Origin: Octopus vulgaris
Lineage: Eukaryota
Direction of reading: 5' to 3'
Length of the DNA stretch: 64,000 nt
NCBI GenBank assembly: GCA_951406725.2
Contig: OX597822.1
Location: 87,296,001-87,360,000, forward strand
A model generated the notes under the pieces. It ran no database searches. It was not told where the DNA came from and saw only the letters and a program-made list of their open reading frames with translations. The first letter of the stretch is position 1, and each line of letters starts with the position of its first letter. This document shows, piece after piece, positions 40,250 to 53,699 of the stretch. A program made the translations under genes and the position numbers.

Positions 40250-40465
40250 TATGCTTTTAAATGAAGATAAGTTTGATTTGATTCACTTTGGGAAGAAGGA
40301 AGCTCTGAAATGACTATATGCTCTTCCCTTGGGTGACCCCCTAATGAATCCAACAACACAAGAGACCTTGGAGTAATTGTTGATAACAATCTAAGCTGCA
40401 ATTCCCACATAAACATCAAGGTTAACTTGGTCTGCAAGATGTGCTCCTGGATTCTGAGAACTGCT
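40250..40465 (+). mobile_element. CR1-type RT fragment
   Basis: TRDLGVIVDNNLS..VCKMCSWILRT. Confidence 0.7.
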
Positions 40466-40469
40466 GATT

Positions 40470-41995
40470 AATCTCTGCTGTCCTGCCGCTTGGTATTGCA
40501 GTTTTGCAACTGATTTTTATGTATCTTCTTTATATGTCCATGCAGTTCCCACTTTCATCAATGATGACAAATGTTTGTCCCATCAACCTGGTCCTTTCAT
40601 AAGTTTTTGTTGTTTTCATGAAAGAAAACAACTGTTTGCATACATAGGTTGAACAAAATATTACTTAATTCTTGTGGAAAGATTGCCTGATTTTCTCAAA
40701 TCATTCAGGAAGATTGTTAAAAAAGCTTAGTAATCCCATTTCATTGTCTTTGGTTTTTAGTGAAGAATTTGATCTGTATACTTTAATCTGCCTTTGCAGT
40801 ATCAAGGGAAGCAGGTGCTGTGAATAAAGCAAATTCATTTTTCATAAACTGAAAAATCAACAAATCTTTTTAGAAAATTCTTTTGAATGAGATTCCATGT
40901 GAGCTTTATATTTTGAAAAGCCCATCTCAGATTTTGTCTTGCTCTTCAGTTTTTCGCATTTGGTGAAATATTTACAAAGTCAGAAAACAGCACAGCTCCC
41001 ATGACTTTCAGAAACAATTTTTCACACTAAGAGTTGCTGAAGCATGGAACAAGCTGCTGGCATCAGTTGTTAGTTGTTGGAGCACTGCAACCTTCAGAAC
41101 TTCCATGCTTCCTGAGATTCGCCAACACTACACCTGATTTTCTCCCCTCCATACACACGCAAGCATGTATCTAACTCATACACTGTTCACTTCCCAGACA
41201 TTTGTACATTACTGCATGTGCTTTATATGCACTTTTGACAAGTTGTGGTGCACCTGAGCACTGTATACAATAATTTCATTATTATTATTATATTATTATA
41301 TCATTCGACTCCTGTGACTTCTGCAAATATAATTTTGTAATAATGCACTTTACAGTTTTGATCCATACATGAGACCACCTTCGTGTGTAACATAGGAAGA
41401 CTTGTGATTTTTTTTTCTTGTTTTGTGTGTGTTTTAAGTTGTATTCCTTTGGTGTTGCAATGCAGTTATTGCAAATTAAGCAATGTACCTTTGAGATAAC
41501 AGTTGTGCAGAAACACAGCAACTCCCACTTTTCTTGAAAAATGCAACCTTTTTCATTCAACTTCCTCATTTTCTTACCTGGTGGAGCAGAAGCCATTGTA
41601 AATTGACTTTTAAAGGTCCAAACATTCTCAATTTTAAATTGTGAAACAAATGAGACTATGCACTGAATCATGTGCGCTAAATGTGTATATGCAGCATTCA
41701 CCGGCAAAAATTGAACAGTATGTCAAAACAAGTGTAAAGTTATCAAATCTACAACTGAACAATGCTCATTATTTAAAATTCTATCATATCAATTCTTTAT
41801 TTCAAAGTAAAAAAATTTTTAAACCTTTTATTTGCTCATCAAGTTATCTTATTTCTATTAATGAAATTATTATTAAGTATTTTTATTATTAAAAATTTCT
41901 TGGGTTTCCCAGTGGCAAACTTTTAGCTACACTACTTGCAGGCCATATTCGTGTTTAAAACGGGTTGTATGTAGGCTGTGTGTTTGACACATGAG
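40470..41995 (-). mobile_element. hAT (SPIN/Buster/GTF2IRD2-like) transposase remnant, interrupted
   Basis: KKMRKLNEKGCIFQEKWE..HCLICNN..KEYNLKH BED-like finger; ..GTGTCAAAC terminus near 41990. Confidence 0.7.
41037..41300 (+). mobile_element. CR1-type LINE 3' end nested in the hAT remnant
   Basis: AEAWNKLLASVVSC..F; 3'UTR and (ATT)n tail. Confidence 0.7.
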
Positions 41996-42051
41996 TCGTA
42001 AATGATTAACAAGACAATTCATGTTGCACAGTGTAAATGCATTGTCTAATT

Positions 42052-42230
42052 CAGTGGTTTTTAACCAGGGTTCCACAAGAAGTTACAAAACTGCTAAAAT
42101 CGGCACTAATTTTTAATTCTCCTGTGCAGATATGTGTGCATAAGACTAATAAATTATTGCACAGGGATTCCTCGAGCCAGTGGAATGTTTCCTTGGGGTT
42201 CCACTCCAGCAAAAAGTTTGAAAAGCACTG
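42052..42230. mobile_element. hAT (Charlie/Buster-type) MITE
   Basis: TIRs CAGTGGTTTTTAAC / CAGTGCTTTTCAAAC; perfect 8-bp TSD GTCTAATT (42044-42051, 42231-42238). Confidence 0.92.
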
Positions 42231-43404
42231 GTCTAATTAGTCACTTTTGCAAGACAGAGGCAATTCAGTTGCTATTTTTAGCATGTAGAACAACCAAGTA
42301 GCAGCTCCCTTAACATACAGTTAGTGTATATCCTTATACATTCTGAAAGAAACCAAGAGAGTTACAAATTGATAAATAAAAGAACATCATTTTCAAACAA
42401 CCAAAATGTAATGAATTTCTAAAGGTTGACTGGTGTTGTGTCTTTCCTAGGAGGTAATAAAGGACTATTTGAGGGTTTTACGTTGACTTAGTTGTACAAC
42501 AGTTATCCTGAAAATTCTTTTTGATGAAATCATGATTAAAACTGAAATGCAAGTAATGACAGTAAACTGCACTATCAGTAGTATTATGAATATCCTCATG
42601 ACACTGGTACCACATGCATCTGCAAATTGTTTGCAAAACATGTATATGCAGAAATGATAATTCCATAACTGTGCACTGGGACCCAAAATGTGAGAGAACA
42701 CTATGAAATTGTTGGGGAAAATGGATTAGGTATTTATTATGATTTTCCTTTTTTAGTTCTGGTATGAAAAGCAATGATTACAATGTTCCAAATATATAAT
42801 CTACCAAATATGATCTCAAAATCCATCAATTGGTAATCCAAAATATTGCCTCTGTTCTTTTAGCCCTAATACTGTAAAGAACTAAATATCTGACACCATG
42901 GCTCATAGCAGGATTAATACTTTTAAATCTAAAGTCAAACTCACTGATTCACTGATATATTTTAGCATAGAAATACAAAAACTTCAACAAATACTGCTCT
43001 ATACATAATACTGTTTATTTAAAAGCTGTCTAATACATACATTGTCTACTTTATGACTCACTCTTTCTGTTGGCTGTGGTCACACTAGGGTACCACCGCA
43101 CAGCAGCTATCTATTTCATACTTTCGTTTACTTTTTAAAAATTATCATTCATCTCAGAAAGCTTCATAATATTTTCTGTTGTCCATTGACTGTTCCAGAA
43201 TTTTCTAATGTTTACTACGTGTTGTTGTATGATGCATGTTTATTGTTCTTAGATCTTCTATTGATAACAGTGTAATGTTCAGTATTTGTTGGGAACTATT
43301 CTGTTTGTATTTATCATTGAACTCTGTTACTTCTTCTTTGTTGTGCTGTGTTTGCTTGTTCTCCGTCCTGATTTGCTCTCATTTGACATCAATGAATTGT
43401 CTAC

Positions 43405-43415
43405 TTAAGGAATAC
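43405..43415 (-). CDS. putative terminal coding exon (G-I-P-stop)
   Basis: ggtttctttcag| acceptor, G|GT ATT CCT TAA; downstream AATAAA. Confidence 0.55.
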
Positions 43416-44759
43416 CTGAAAGAAACCATCATGAAAAGAATTAAAACAGTTATTAAACTTAATTAATAAAACGTTCTGCCAATCACACTTTAAATAATTA
43501 TATTTTCAGATAATTATGTTATCTAATTATAAAATTTGATGATTTTTGTTTTTGTTCTTAAATTTCTTACAGTATTTATTCCATTATTAGATTGCATGGT
43601 CAACTTTGCCATTAAATGCTGAGATTCAATGTCATCAATTATCTCATCTGCCACATCACTGACTTTGTGCTTAAATTAGAAGCGATTACTTAACCATCCC
43701 ATCTTCTTTTAGGCACAACATATGCAAAATGATCTGTTTTGAATTTAATTTAACCTGATGTAGGTTAATTAATGAGGTGGGGTAGGTTTTGATCACACCC
43801 TTCCTTCAATGGAACTTGACCTTCAACAGCTACAGAAAAACACATATATAAGATGGCCACTTTCCACACACCTCACTGGATAGGATTTCTATTTCTATCT
43901 TTCATTACTTGGTCAAAAGAAACAACACCCATTGATGATCCTTTTCAGAGCCTCAAAGACTGGTGAGAGAAATCCACAAGCTGGATACTTGGCTCAAATG
44001 CTTCCAACAAAATGAATTCTGCTCATCACTCCACAAAGGATCAAGTGAGTGAAGAAGGATTAAGTCAACAAGTTAGGTAGGCCATGGTAGGATTTGAAGA
44101 GGAACAAATACTACAAGGCACCCTAACCAATGATCAGACAATTCCGTCTACTCCTCCCTTTTCCCTAATTGCTATTTTATTTGATGACCTTGGCAGGATC
44201 CAAACACAAGAATAAATACCACCAGGCATTGTGCCTAATGTTCATACAACCTACCTAACCCCTGTTGCAACAGGTTCATTTGTTACCAGTAATACTCCAT
44301 GATGTAAAAGGATACATTTTTGTGTATTTTGGTTCTGATTTGATACTAGTGCCATGACAATGAGCAACTTAATTCCCTGTAGGTTTGAAATAAGAGTGTA
44401 AGAGCATATAATCTAATATTTTAATCTTGCAGCCATCTCCCGTCAGTAGATCTAAGATGTCCTTCTTGAAGGAATTGTCTGTCAGTCTATCTGTGATTGT
44501 ATAGGTAACATTTTTCCTAGAAAGCCTTTGTGAACTCAGTTACTTAGAATAAATTCTCTTCATGAACATTCAGTAAACTATTTGAGGTAGATATGAATTC
44601 AAGACACTGGAGTAACTTCTGTTTGAACACTTCTTTGAAATATTCAAATTTACATATCCAAAATACTCATATCAGCGTCAAGAATGTTGGCAAGATCACA
44701 TGGAAACCTGATCTGAGATAACAACTTTTAAATTAATAAACTTAAATTGAAATACTTAC

Positions 44760-45175
44760 CAAAGATAAAACCTGGAGATGCTCCAGTACATTTCTGCTCT
44801 GCGTTACAAGTAACAAGTCCACCACAACCTCCAAAGTAAATTTCAAAAAAATATAAAAATTCTTTGGTTAACAAAGCTGATGAAGGAACACTTTTGGCCT
44901 TGCTTTGCCAGTGGTAAGTCATTCCTATTTTTGAGTATTTTTTTGGTGTCAGCTGGTTTGCGTTTGCGTAAAAAGCAAAATAATTATTTCTATTATGATC
45001 ACAAGTCGAATATGTAAAGTCAGTTCCTTCAGCATTATATCCAAGTGTAATACCAGCATAAACGTGACTAATTGGCAAAGCAACAATTAATATATATGGT
45101 CCCAGTTGAAAGTTTACTGGTGTAATTGACAAAGTCCGATACACTCCAAGTGCGATAGTCCAGTTGTCTGAGTAT
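44760..45175 (-). CDS. exon 4 (YSDNW...CDHNRNNYFAFYAN...EIYFGGCGG...PGFIF)
   Basis: acag|..|gtaagt; phases 2/1; stop-free. Confidence 0.85.
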
Positions 45176-47519
45176 CTGTAATATATAAGAAAGAAACTCA
45201 ACATAATCAAGAGAACAACTGTCTATTATACTGACCACACACACCATAAAATATTTGGCATTTTAGGCACTAAATACTCTTTGATGTAACAACAGGCACT
45301 ACATATAACACTCTAAGAAAGAAATGACAGTCACTTAAACACCTGCCACTAAGCAAATGAGTTTATTAATTTGTGGAAAGATAGTAATTCTGTACAGAAA
45401 GTCTTTGATGCATTGACAAAATGAAAGTATATATAAACATATGAATGTTTAAAATGATCAATATGACTCCATGGTAATAAAACTATTTTAGTTTCAACAT
45501 TTTATAGGTGAAGGCAAGGCTTTATGGTTAAGAAGCTCACTTTGTATTCATATAGTTTAGGGTTCAGTGTCATTAACTATGGTACCTTGGGTTATCTAAC
45601 CAAAGTCTTGAGAGTTAATTCACTAGATGGAAACTGAAAGAAACCTGTCTTGTGTGTTTGTGTGTACCCTTGTCTGGACATCTTGTGATGGTTGTAAATG
45701 AGAATCTCTCCCATACAAATGGTGTCATTCATTTCCAGCCTTTTGTGGAAAACATCTGACCATGGGAAATATTGTCTTCTGGGGAAATAAGTGAGGGTTG
45801 GCAACTAGAATAGAATGTTCAGGAATATGTCAATAAATTTTGTCTGCCCCATGCAAGCACGGCAAAGAGAACATTAGATGACTATGACTTTGATAAATTT
45901 ACTTGTCAAACAGAAGCATGGGAATAGATGTTTAAATTTTCTCTCTAAAATAATTTTCTAATTAAATGAGATGTTTGAAAAATATCTTTGAGCAGTGCAG
46001 TCGAAGAACTACTTATAGTATGTTAGGTGATGTCATGGAATAAAAACAATGATATTATATTACCTTCAATAAGTTGTTTAATGATCCTATAATATTTTAA
46101 GAGAAATCCGGAAATAGAATCCAGAAATATGTTATATAGAGATCCAAGTGATAATTGAGAAAGTCAGCCATTGGATATGGCTGAAAAGGAATAACGAAAC
46201 TTGGCTACAGAGGTAATGATCCCAAAGTGGGAATACTAGTCTATTGAAACAGTAAGTGGGGCCTCACATAAGTGAGGTGGGGTGCCAATGAGCTGTAAAG
46301 TTGTTGAGAGGAAGGCCTCCTGATGATCCCTGAAACTTTCTGACATCCAAAATGCAAAGTTTTCAACTGACTGCATTAGCACTGCCAAGTTATTTCCAAA
46401 TCTCTTGCTGCATTTGTTCTTTGATGTAATTGTTATTGTACACACATTGCTGTATTTATATTGTTACATGGTGTTGATTCCAGAATAATATTTTAATGGA
46501 TTTTTACAATCTACTTAGTAAATTAAGTGATAGGATATGGTCACTATGGAGAAGAATCAATTAAGTAATGAGAACACTAATGTTATGTTTTTATTTTTCT
46601 GGGAAATACAGAAATTAATTCCAGATTTTTCCTCTTCATTAAGCATTGACAGTTAAATGTAACTTCAACTTTAATTTTCCAAAGTGATAGCAAATAGCTA
46701 AATAGATATAACATAAATGTTAATTTGTGGGTTTAGAAAAATAGAATTGCTTCAGATCAAATAATTTTCAGATAGCAGCCATATGATAAATACTAATTTA
46801 GTGCATGTCAATGGGTTTAATTTATGTAACTTTTTAAAAATCTAAAATAGAATAAGATAAGACAGAAAGGAATGTCATCATGGAGAATGGGCATAAAACA
46901 ATAATGATGATCGGGTGGGGGTGGGGGGTTGTAGCGATGACATTCATGATTTTCCTGTCTTCTTGTTTCGCAACTCCCATATATTTCTGCTTCATTCATG
47001 ACAATGGGAACAAAATTTGGTGCCTGAAATATTGTGTTTCAGGTAAATTTTGGTCACTGGTTGTAAATATGAAATCACTTTTTCTTCATCAGCCATGGTA
47101 TGTTATAAGCTTAATTGCTGCTATGCATCAAGCAACAAACGGAGTATAAGGATTGATAGCTACAAATCATTATTGTTGGATAAAAAAATGGTTTCATACT
47201 TTGAAGGATCTAGTTATTCATGATTAACTTACATCCAGTGAAGCAAACGTAGGAAATTTCATCGATGCTATGTTAATTTATTCAAGTATTTCATGGAAAC
47301 GGATATCTATGATGAACTACCCAACGACAATCATGTTGAATAGTCTAGTAGTAAACTGCTATCATATGGGTGTCCCAGTGTCTCTGGTATCTTTCTTTTG
47401 TAGTTCTTTAAATCTTGGTGGAATTGTTAACCACTTAGGTCACCATGGTTGTCTGAGAAACCATTTAAGTGACTATAGAGGTAATGCTGTTTGATACATT
47501 AAAGCCAAATTGATAGCAA

Positions 47520-48300
47520 GAAGAGAACATGTTCTTCACTAGTTCACAATAGTTTTCTGCTTTATGGGTCCCAAGAAAATTTCTTACAACCAGAATGAAG
47601 ACTACACATTTTCCTTTGCATTCTTCATTGAATCTTGAGAATTAGGTTTCTATATGAGTTATCCTGTTGAAAAACATTTGACTTCAATTTCACCATGCTC
47701 AGTGCTGGAAATTTGCTGCTTGTGTAGTCAAAGCAGCCCCCTTCTTTGTTCAAATCCTTCACAAACTGTTTAATTAAACCTAGTTTAATCATATGGTGAT
47801 GGTAAAATGATCTTATCTCTGTCAGACAACAGTACTCTAATTACATTCCTTTCTCCAATGATCATGTTTTCTTTCAGAGACCATTGTTTTCTCATCCAGT
47901 TCTCATCATTAGATCTACTATCCCAAAGACAGATAAAGCAGGAATACTTAGTGCATCCATTCTGCTAATGCATGAGAAAATTCATCATCTTAAGATCCAC
48001 ATGGATTAGCCATTTATGATTGTGATATGACATCTTCTGTAAGACCAATAATGTTGTTTCCTGTTGATTGGTCATTTTAGTCAAGTGACCAATTGGAATT
48101 GATCCATATCTGTTGCTATTGTATAGAGGCATATATTTTCAGCTCCCCTTAGAACTAGCTATGGATAATCACTATTCGCTTGGTACATATTTTGATACAC
48201 CTACTTAGCAAGTCTTGAACATTGTTGCATAAAACAAAACCATTTCCCACTATTGTGATATGGGTACACTTATTAGTAAGTGCCTTATCTCAAAAGCTAG
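47520..48300 (-). mobile_element. Chapaev3-like (CMC/Transib-related) transposase remnant
   Basis: Degenerate translation YGSIPIGH..WLIHVDLKMMNFL..GCTKYSCFICLWDSR..DRDKIILP. Confidence 0.65.
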
Positions 48301-49032
48301 AGTTACTAGAAATAAATGAATGTCATATTCTTTTTCAGTGCAGTGAATATGTATAGAATCAGGTTTAAAATCTGAGGTACCAAGAAACATTTTTAGAATT
48401 TGTTCCCCACTGTTATCAGTGCTAAGTGTTGCCTCACTGTAACTAATACTGAATTAAAAAGAATGATCCAGACTTGCTGGCAAAAATATTATGGGTTGTT
48501 GAATCATATTGATGTTTTGTCACCATATATTTTATTCTATACATTAGGTATAATGATACTTATCTAATATTTAGAAACACTAAGATCACATATTAAGAAG
48601 CTTTGTATGTGTGCAGTGGGGGTACTGTACACAACTAGATTATTTTAGAGAATGATATGTAAGTTTTCTACAAGAAAAAATATGTAAGTTTTCTAGAGAT
48701 ATTTCTGATTATCTTCCTTCAACCTTATCTGTTCTTTTGTAAGCTCACAACTGTTGTAACAAGTGCTTATGCTATTATCCCTCTTGTTGTTAGTTAATAG
48801 AAAAAGCTGAGTCATAGTTATCCATGTATCAAAAAATTGAATACATTTGCATTTAATCATTAGTGTTGTATAATAGATTAAAATACTGTCAGTAACTTAA
48901 TCCACCTAACTCTTAGCAGGTACAATGAGAAACTTCATTTTGCCTTTTCCATCTATAGTGGAGATACTTTATAACTATCGACTGCGAAAGCATAAAAAAA
49001 GTAAGCAAACAAAATGGGACACAAGTACTCAC

Positions 49033-49303
49033 ATTGATGGTAATTTTAAAGTAGCTTCAATTTGAGATCCATTTGCAATGGCATATTTCATCACGAACCT
49101 ACTTGAGTCAGGCACAAACAGTTGCAGATCATCTTTGGTCATGTTCAACAAGGAGTATTTGGAGATGTATGTTACACCAAAAGTATTTTTAAAATCGCAA
49201 AATACTTCAATGGGTTTCTTATCTGGAGTATAGACAACAAACTTATTGCTAGAAGGTGTTCTCCCAGCAGCAATAAATGTTTGATATACTTCTTTGCAAG
49301 AAC
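49033..49303 (-). CDS. exon 3 (SSCKEVYQ...PIEVFCDFK...LKLPS)
   Basis: acag|..|gtgagt; SC.E...V.CD motif resembles the start of fibrinogen-like domains; phases 1/2. Confidence 0.85.
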
Positions 49304-49954
49304 CTGTAACAAATAAAATCATAAGTATCTTAATAAATGTGATTAAGTTACCTTTATAAAAATTTTCTAAGATTACATAGCAATCTTATGAAATTGGAAA
49401 GCCTCACAATTTCCAAAATTTGCACAAATAATTCTGCTAATACAATTTAAGTGACATTGAAAGAATGATTCACAGATCGGAAAGGTTGGTATTAATATAC
49501 CAGACTTTCCAATTTCATAAATAAGACTGTCATGAATAAGACTTGTTGGGCTCTCCAATTTCATAAATAAGACTCGCTACACTTTCCATATGATCTGGCA
49601 AGGGTTCTACAGCTGGATGCTCTTCCAAATGCCAACCACTTCAAGAGTGTAATGGGTACTTCTTACATACAACCAGCATGGGAACCAATCAGGCGGCACT
49701 GGCATCAACCACATTCAGATGATGCTTTTTATGTGCCACCGACACAGAAGCCTGTCTGAGGGCACTGGCATTGACCATGTTCAAATGGTGCTTTTTATGT
49801 GCTACTGGCACGGGGAGCCAGTCAGGCAAAACTGTCATTGACTCATGCTTGAATGGTGCTTATTATGTGCCACCAGCATAGGTGCCATTCAGGCAGTACT
49901 GGCATCAGTCACAACTACGATTTCACTTGACTGAACAGGTCTTCTGAAGCACAG

Positions 49955-51142
49955 CGTGTCACCTGGCAATTCAGGTAGGTGGCCCTGCTTGATCTGTAGA
50001 AAAGGTGTAGGTAGAAACTCCATAAGATGTACCCAGTGTAAGCTATGGACACATAAGAAGTGCAGCAACATCAAAGGAAGATTAACCAGGAAGATAGCTT
50101 TCATGTGCAGCAGATGCTCAGGGGCAATAAACACCACAGATGCTCAGAAAACAGATTCCATTACATACCATGGGGAGAAACTAGAAGTAGTTGATAGCTT
50201 TTGCTACCTAGGTGACCAAGTCTGTAGGGGGTGGGATGCTCAGAGAGTGTCACGACTAGAATAATAGAAGCATGATCAAAGTTCAGAAAGCTTCTACCCC
50301 TACTGGTGACAAAGGGCCTCTCGCTCAGAGTGAAAGGTAGATTGTATAATGCATGTGTGCAAACTACCATGCTTCATAGCAGTGAAACATGGGCCGTGGC
50401 TGCTGAAAACATGCGTAGGCTCAAAAGAACTGAAGCTAGTAGGATCTACCGGATGTGTAATGTCAGTGTGCATACACAACAGAGTGTAAGCGCCCTTGGA
50501 GAAATATTGGATGTGGCGTGCAAAAGAGACGTTTGCGTTGGTATAGTCATGTAGTACAGATGGATGAGGAGAGATGTATGAAGTGCCACTCCCAAACAGT
50601 GGAAGGAATCCAGGGTAGAGGGAAACCCAGGATAAGATAGTGAAGCATGACCTTCAAACGTTGGGCCTCACAGAGGCAATGACAAAAGACAGAGACCTCT
50701 GGGGATATGCTAGGACTGAGAAGACCCAGCAAATAACATGAGTTCACAGCTGTAACCTACACCAGCATTGCATAACCAGCCCTCTCAAAAGTGCCTTGGA
50801 TCATAGGGCAACATGCTGTGCTTGAGGAGACCTATTGAGTTAAGTACATCAAAATCAAATCGCAATCAAATGGAAATTGTAGTTGCAATCCCCGTGCTGG
50901 TGGTATGTAAAAAGCACCAACTGATCGTGGTTGATGCCAGATCCCTCTGGCCTCTGTGTTAATGGCATGTAAAAAGTAGCCACTACACTCTCGGACTGGT
51001 TGGCGTTAGGAAGGGCATCCTGCTGTAGAAACACTGCCAGCTCAAACTTGAGCCTGGTGCAGCCTCCTGGCTTCCCAGACTCCAGTCGAGCCGGCCAACC
51101 CATGCCAACATGGAAAATGGACGTTATACGATGATGATGATG
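49955..51142 (+). mobile_element. RTE LINE 3' part with PHD-like finger, 3'UTR and (GAT)n tail
   Basis: WPCLICRKGVGRNSIRCTQCKLWTHKKCS..CSRC..LEVVDSFCYLGD..KGRLYNACVQTTMLHSSETW. Confidence 0.9.
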
Positions 51143-51167
51143 AAATATATATATAAAAATATATATG

Positions 51168-51242
<75 letters not shown>

Positions 51243-52242
51243 ATATATATATATGTATGTATAGGTCGTTGCCAGTGCCGCTGGACTGGTTCCTGTCAGG
51301 TGGCACTTAAAAAGCACCATCTGAGTGTGGCCGTTGCCAGCACTGCCTGACTGGCCCTCATGCTGGTGGCATGTAAAAGTACCCATTACACTCTCAGAGT
51401 GGTTAGCGTTAGGAAGAGCATCTAGCTGTAGAAATTCTACCAGATCAGATTGGAGCCTGGTTCAGCCATTTGGTTCGCCAGACTTCAGTCAAATCGTCCA
51501 ACCCATGCTAGCATGGAAAGCGGACGTTAAAGGATGATGATGAGGAGGAGGAGGAATGTATGTATATCATTTACATCAATGATCCAAAAACAATCCACAG
51601 GATTTAACTCAGAGCATTGTAAATTTTTTATTTGATTACAAATACTTGTAACACAGTAAATTCTTTCAAACAAAACTTAGGTGCAGGCATGGCTGCATAG
51701 TTAAGCAGCTCACTTTGTGACCATATGGTTTCAGGTTTAGTCTCGGTGTTTGCAAGTAGTTTTTAATACAACCTCAGGTTAGTCAATTCCTTATGCTTTT
51801 AGTGGAGGCCTGTGCTATATATATATATAAGGGCATCCAGCTGTAAAATCATGCCAAAACTGGCCTTGCCTGTGCTGGTGTCACATAAAAAGCACTCAGT
51901 CCACTCTGCAGAGTGGGTGGTGTTAGAAAGAGCATCCAATCATAAAAACCCTTCCAAAACAGAGACATTAGCCTGGAGTTGTCTTCTGCTTGTTTGGCTC
52001 CGGTTGAACTATCCAACTCTTGCTTACATGGAAGGTAGACATCAAATGATGATGTGTGTGTGTGTGTGAGTCTTTGTGCTTTCCCCTTTCCGTCCTCCAA
52101 CTAGTTGACATTCTTTTGTTTACATCTCCTTAACATAGTGGTTGAAACCAACTAGGTTGAAGTCAACTAAATCTTTCAATGCAATGCCCCATCATGGCCA
52201 CAGTCCAACAAGTAAAAAGAAAGTAAAAAATGAAAAACTTAC

Positions 52243-52342
52243 TCGGTCTGAATATTTTGCAGTATTTATCTTTATAGGTAAAAAAGCAGTCACATGTATT
52301 GTTTTCCCAGTGCCAAATACCATTGTTATGACACGGTGTCAC
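52243..52342 (-). CDS. exon 2: EGF-like domain (VTPCHNNGIWHWENNTCDCFFTYKDKYCKIFRP)
   Basis: ccag|..|gtaagt; PC.N.G...C.C...Y....C; bridges phase 0 to phase 1; too short for the ORF track. Confidence 0.85.
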
Positions 52343-52933
52343 CTGGAATATATATGTTATATTATGTGTTATTTATATACGAGGGGCTAATGAAAATGTC
52401 TTAGCTTTGAGTAAAAGAAAATACAGGAGGATCAGTTAATTATGATTTTATTCAATATATTCCTGTCTCATGTTCACACACTTATTTCAGTGGCCCTTCA
52501 GTTTTACTAAGCCCTGAAAAGAAACTCAAAAGGTTGGGACTCCAATCAGGCCTTTTGTGATACCCTTAAAGCCAGGAATTTTCATCACCCACCTCATACA
52601 TAAGTGTGTATATATGTGTGTATATGCATTTGTGTTTATATTAAGATTATGTGACTTCCTAAAATTGAACAATGGTCTTGCTCACATGGAACAAAGGCAA
52701 GAAATATTCATTAATCTTAGCAACCACACTAAACAGAGAGCGACAAACAAGGTTGTCAGTGTATACCATTACCACATAACCATAATATAAAAATGCTAAG
52801 CACAATGAAACAGAACACTGGCATCTTACAAACACCTTTATAGAACTAAAACCTTCATCCTTATCTATGAATTCAGATGTAATAATGAAAGAAACCATGC
52901 TGTATCTCCAATGGAAATCCCTCAACTTCTAAA

Positions 52934-53524
52934 TCTATATATATAAAACTCAACTTGTGTGTCAGTGTGTTTAACTTCCCGGCACATCTCCTCCTAGCCA
53001 ACAAATCGTAGAACCACCAAAAATGGATCACTGTTCCGAAATTCATCTCGCAAGTGCAAAAATCGATAATGTGCTTGTTTAGGCCTTATCCCATGCATTG
53101 AATAGTGAACTTTACTCAGTCAGCTGTTTGACGTGAACTGTGTTCACCACGCGTGCAAGCATGTGTAAATTGCATGAAAAATAAAAAATCAAGATATAAA
53201 AACGAATCGCCATAAACATTGTAGAAATTCGGCAAAGAAATGAATTTTCAGGACGTAGCCTTGAGGGTTTTTTCGTATTAATCGTTTGGACTTTGTGAAT
53301 ACATACCAATTGTTTCCATAACATTTTTAATGCTTTGAATTAAATGTGACCATTTTGCATTGAGTCTGCAGTTTGAATCACTTTAACCAAATTTTAGCAG
53401 GCCGGATTTTTGATCATCACGATACATCGCCAGCGACTCCCTGAAACTCTCCCCTGAAATCCCTGTTGAGAAATCTATATATATAAAACTCAACTTGTGT
53501 GTCAAAGCCGGGCAATGCTGCTAG
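52934..53524 (+). mobile_element. non-autonomous Helitron-like element with duplicated 5' end
   Basis: A|TCTATATATATAAAACTCAACTTGTGTGTCA at 52934 and again at 53474; ends GCCGGGCAATGCTGCTAG|T. Confidence 0.7.
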
Positions 53525-53699
53525 TTACTGATAAATCAGAACAAATCCAGTGGTAGAGATGGTGGATATATACAAAAGTATGCCTCCATATCATAAAGAT
53601 CACAATGTACAGCTTTGATAGGATGATATTCTTAAAAGGAAAGTGGTTATAATGTTTTATTTGAAAAAAAAGGAAAAAAAAACCCCAGTATCATAGATA

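Noticed and set aside
46063-46240. Candidate extra exon of the - strand gene
   Set aside because: In-frame stop in the required phase; the flanking exons already join in phase.
49680-49900. CRISPR-like spaced repeats (ggtgctttttatgtgccacc units)
   Set aside because: Internal tandem units of the RTE 3'UTR with related spacers, in eukaryotic DNA with no cas genes.
49590-51142. Twin-priming inversion of one RTE insertion
   Set aside because: The two back-to-back tails are too divergent and no TSD was found; more likely independent insertions.
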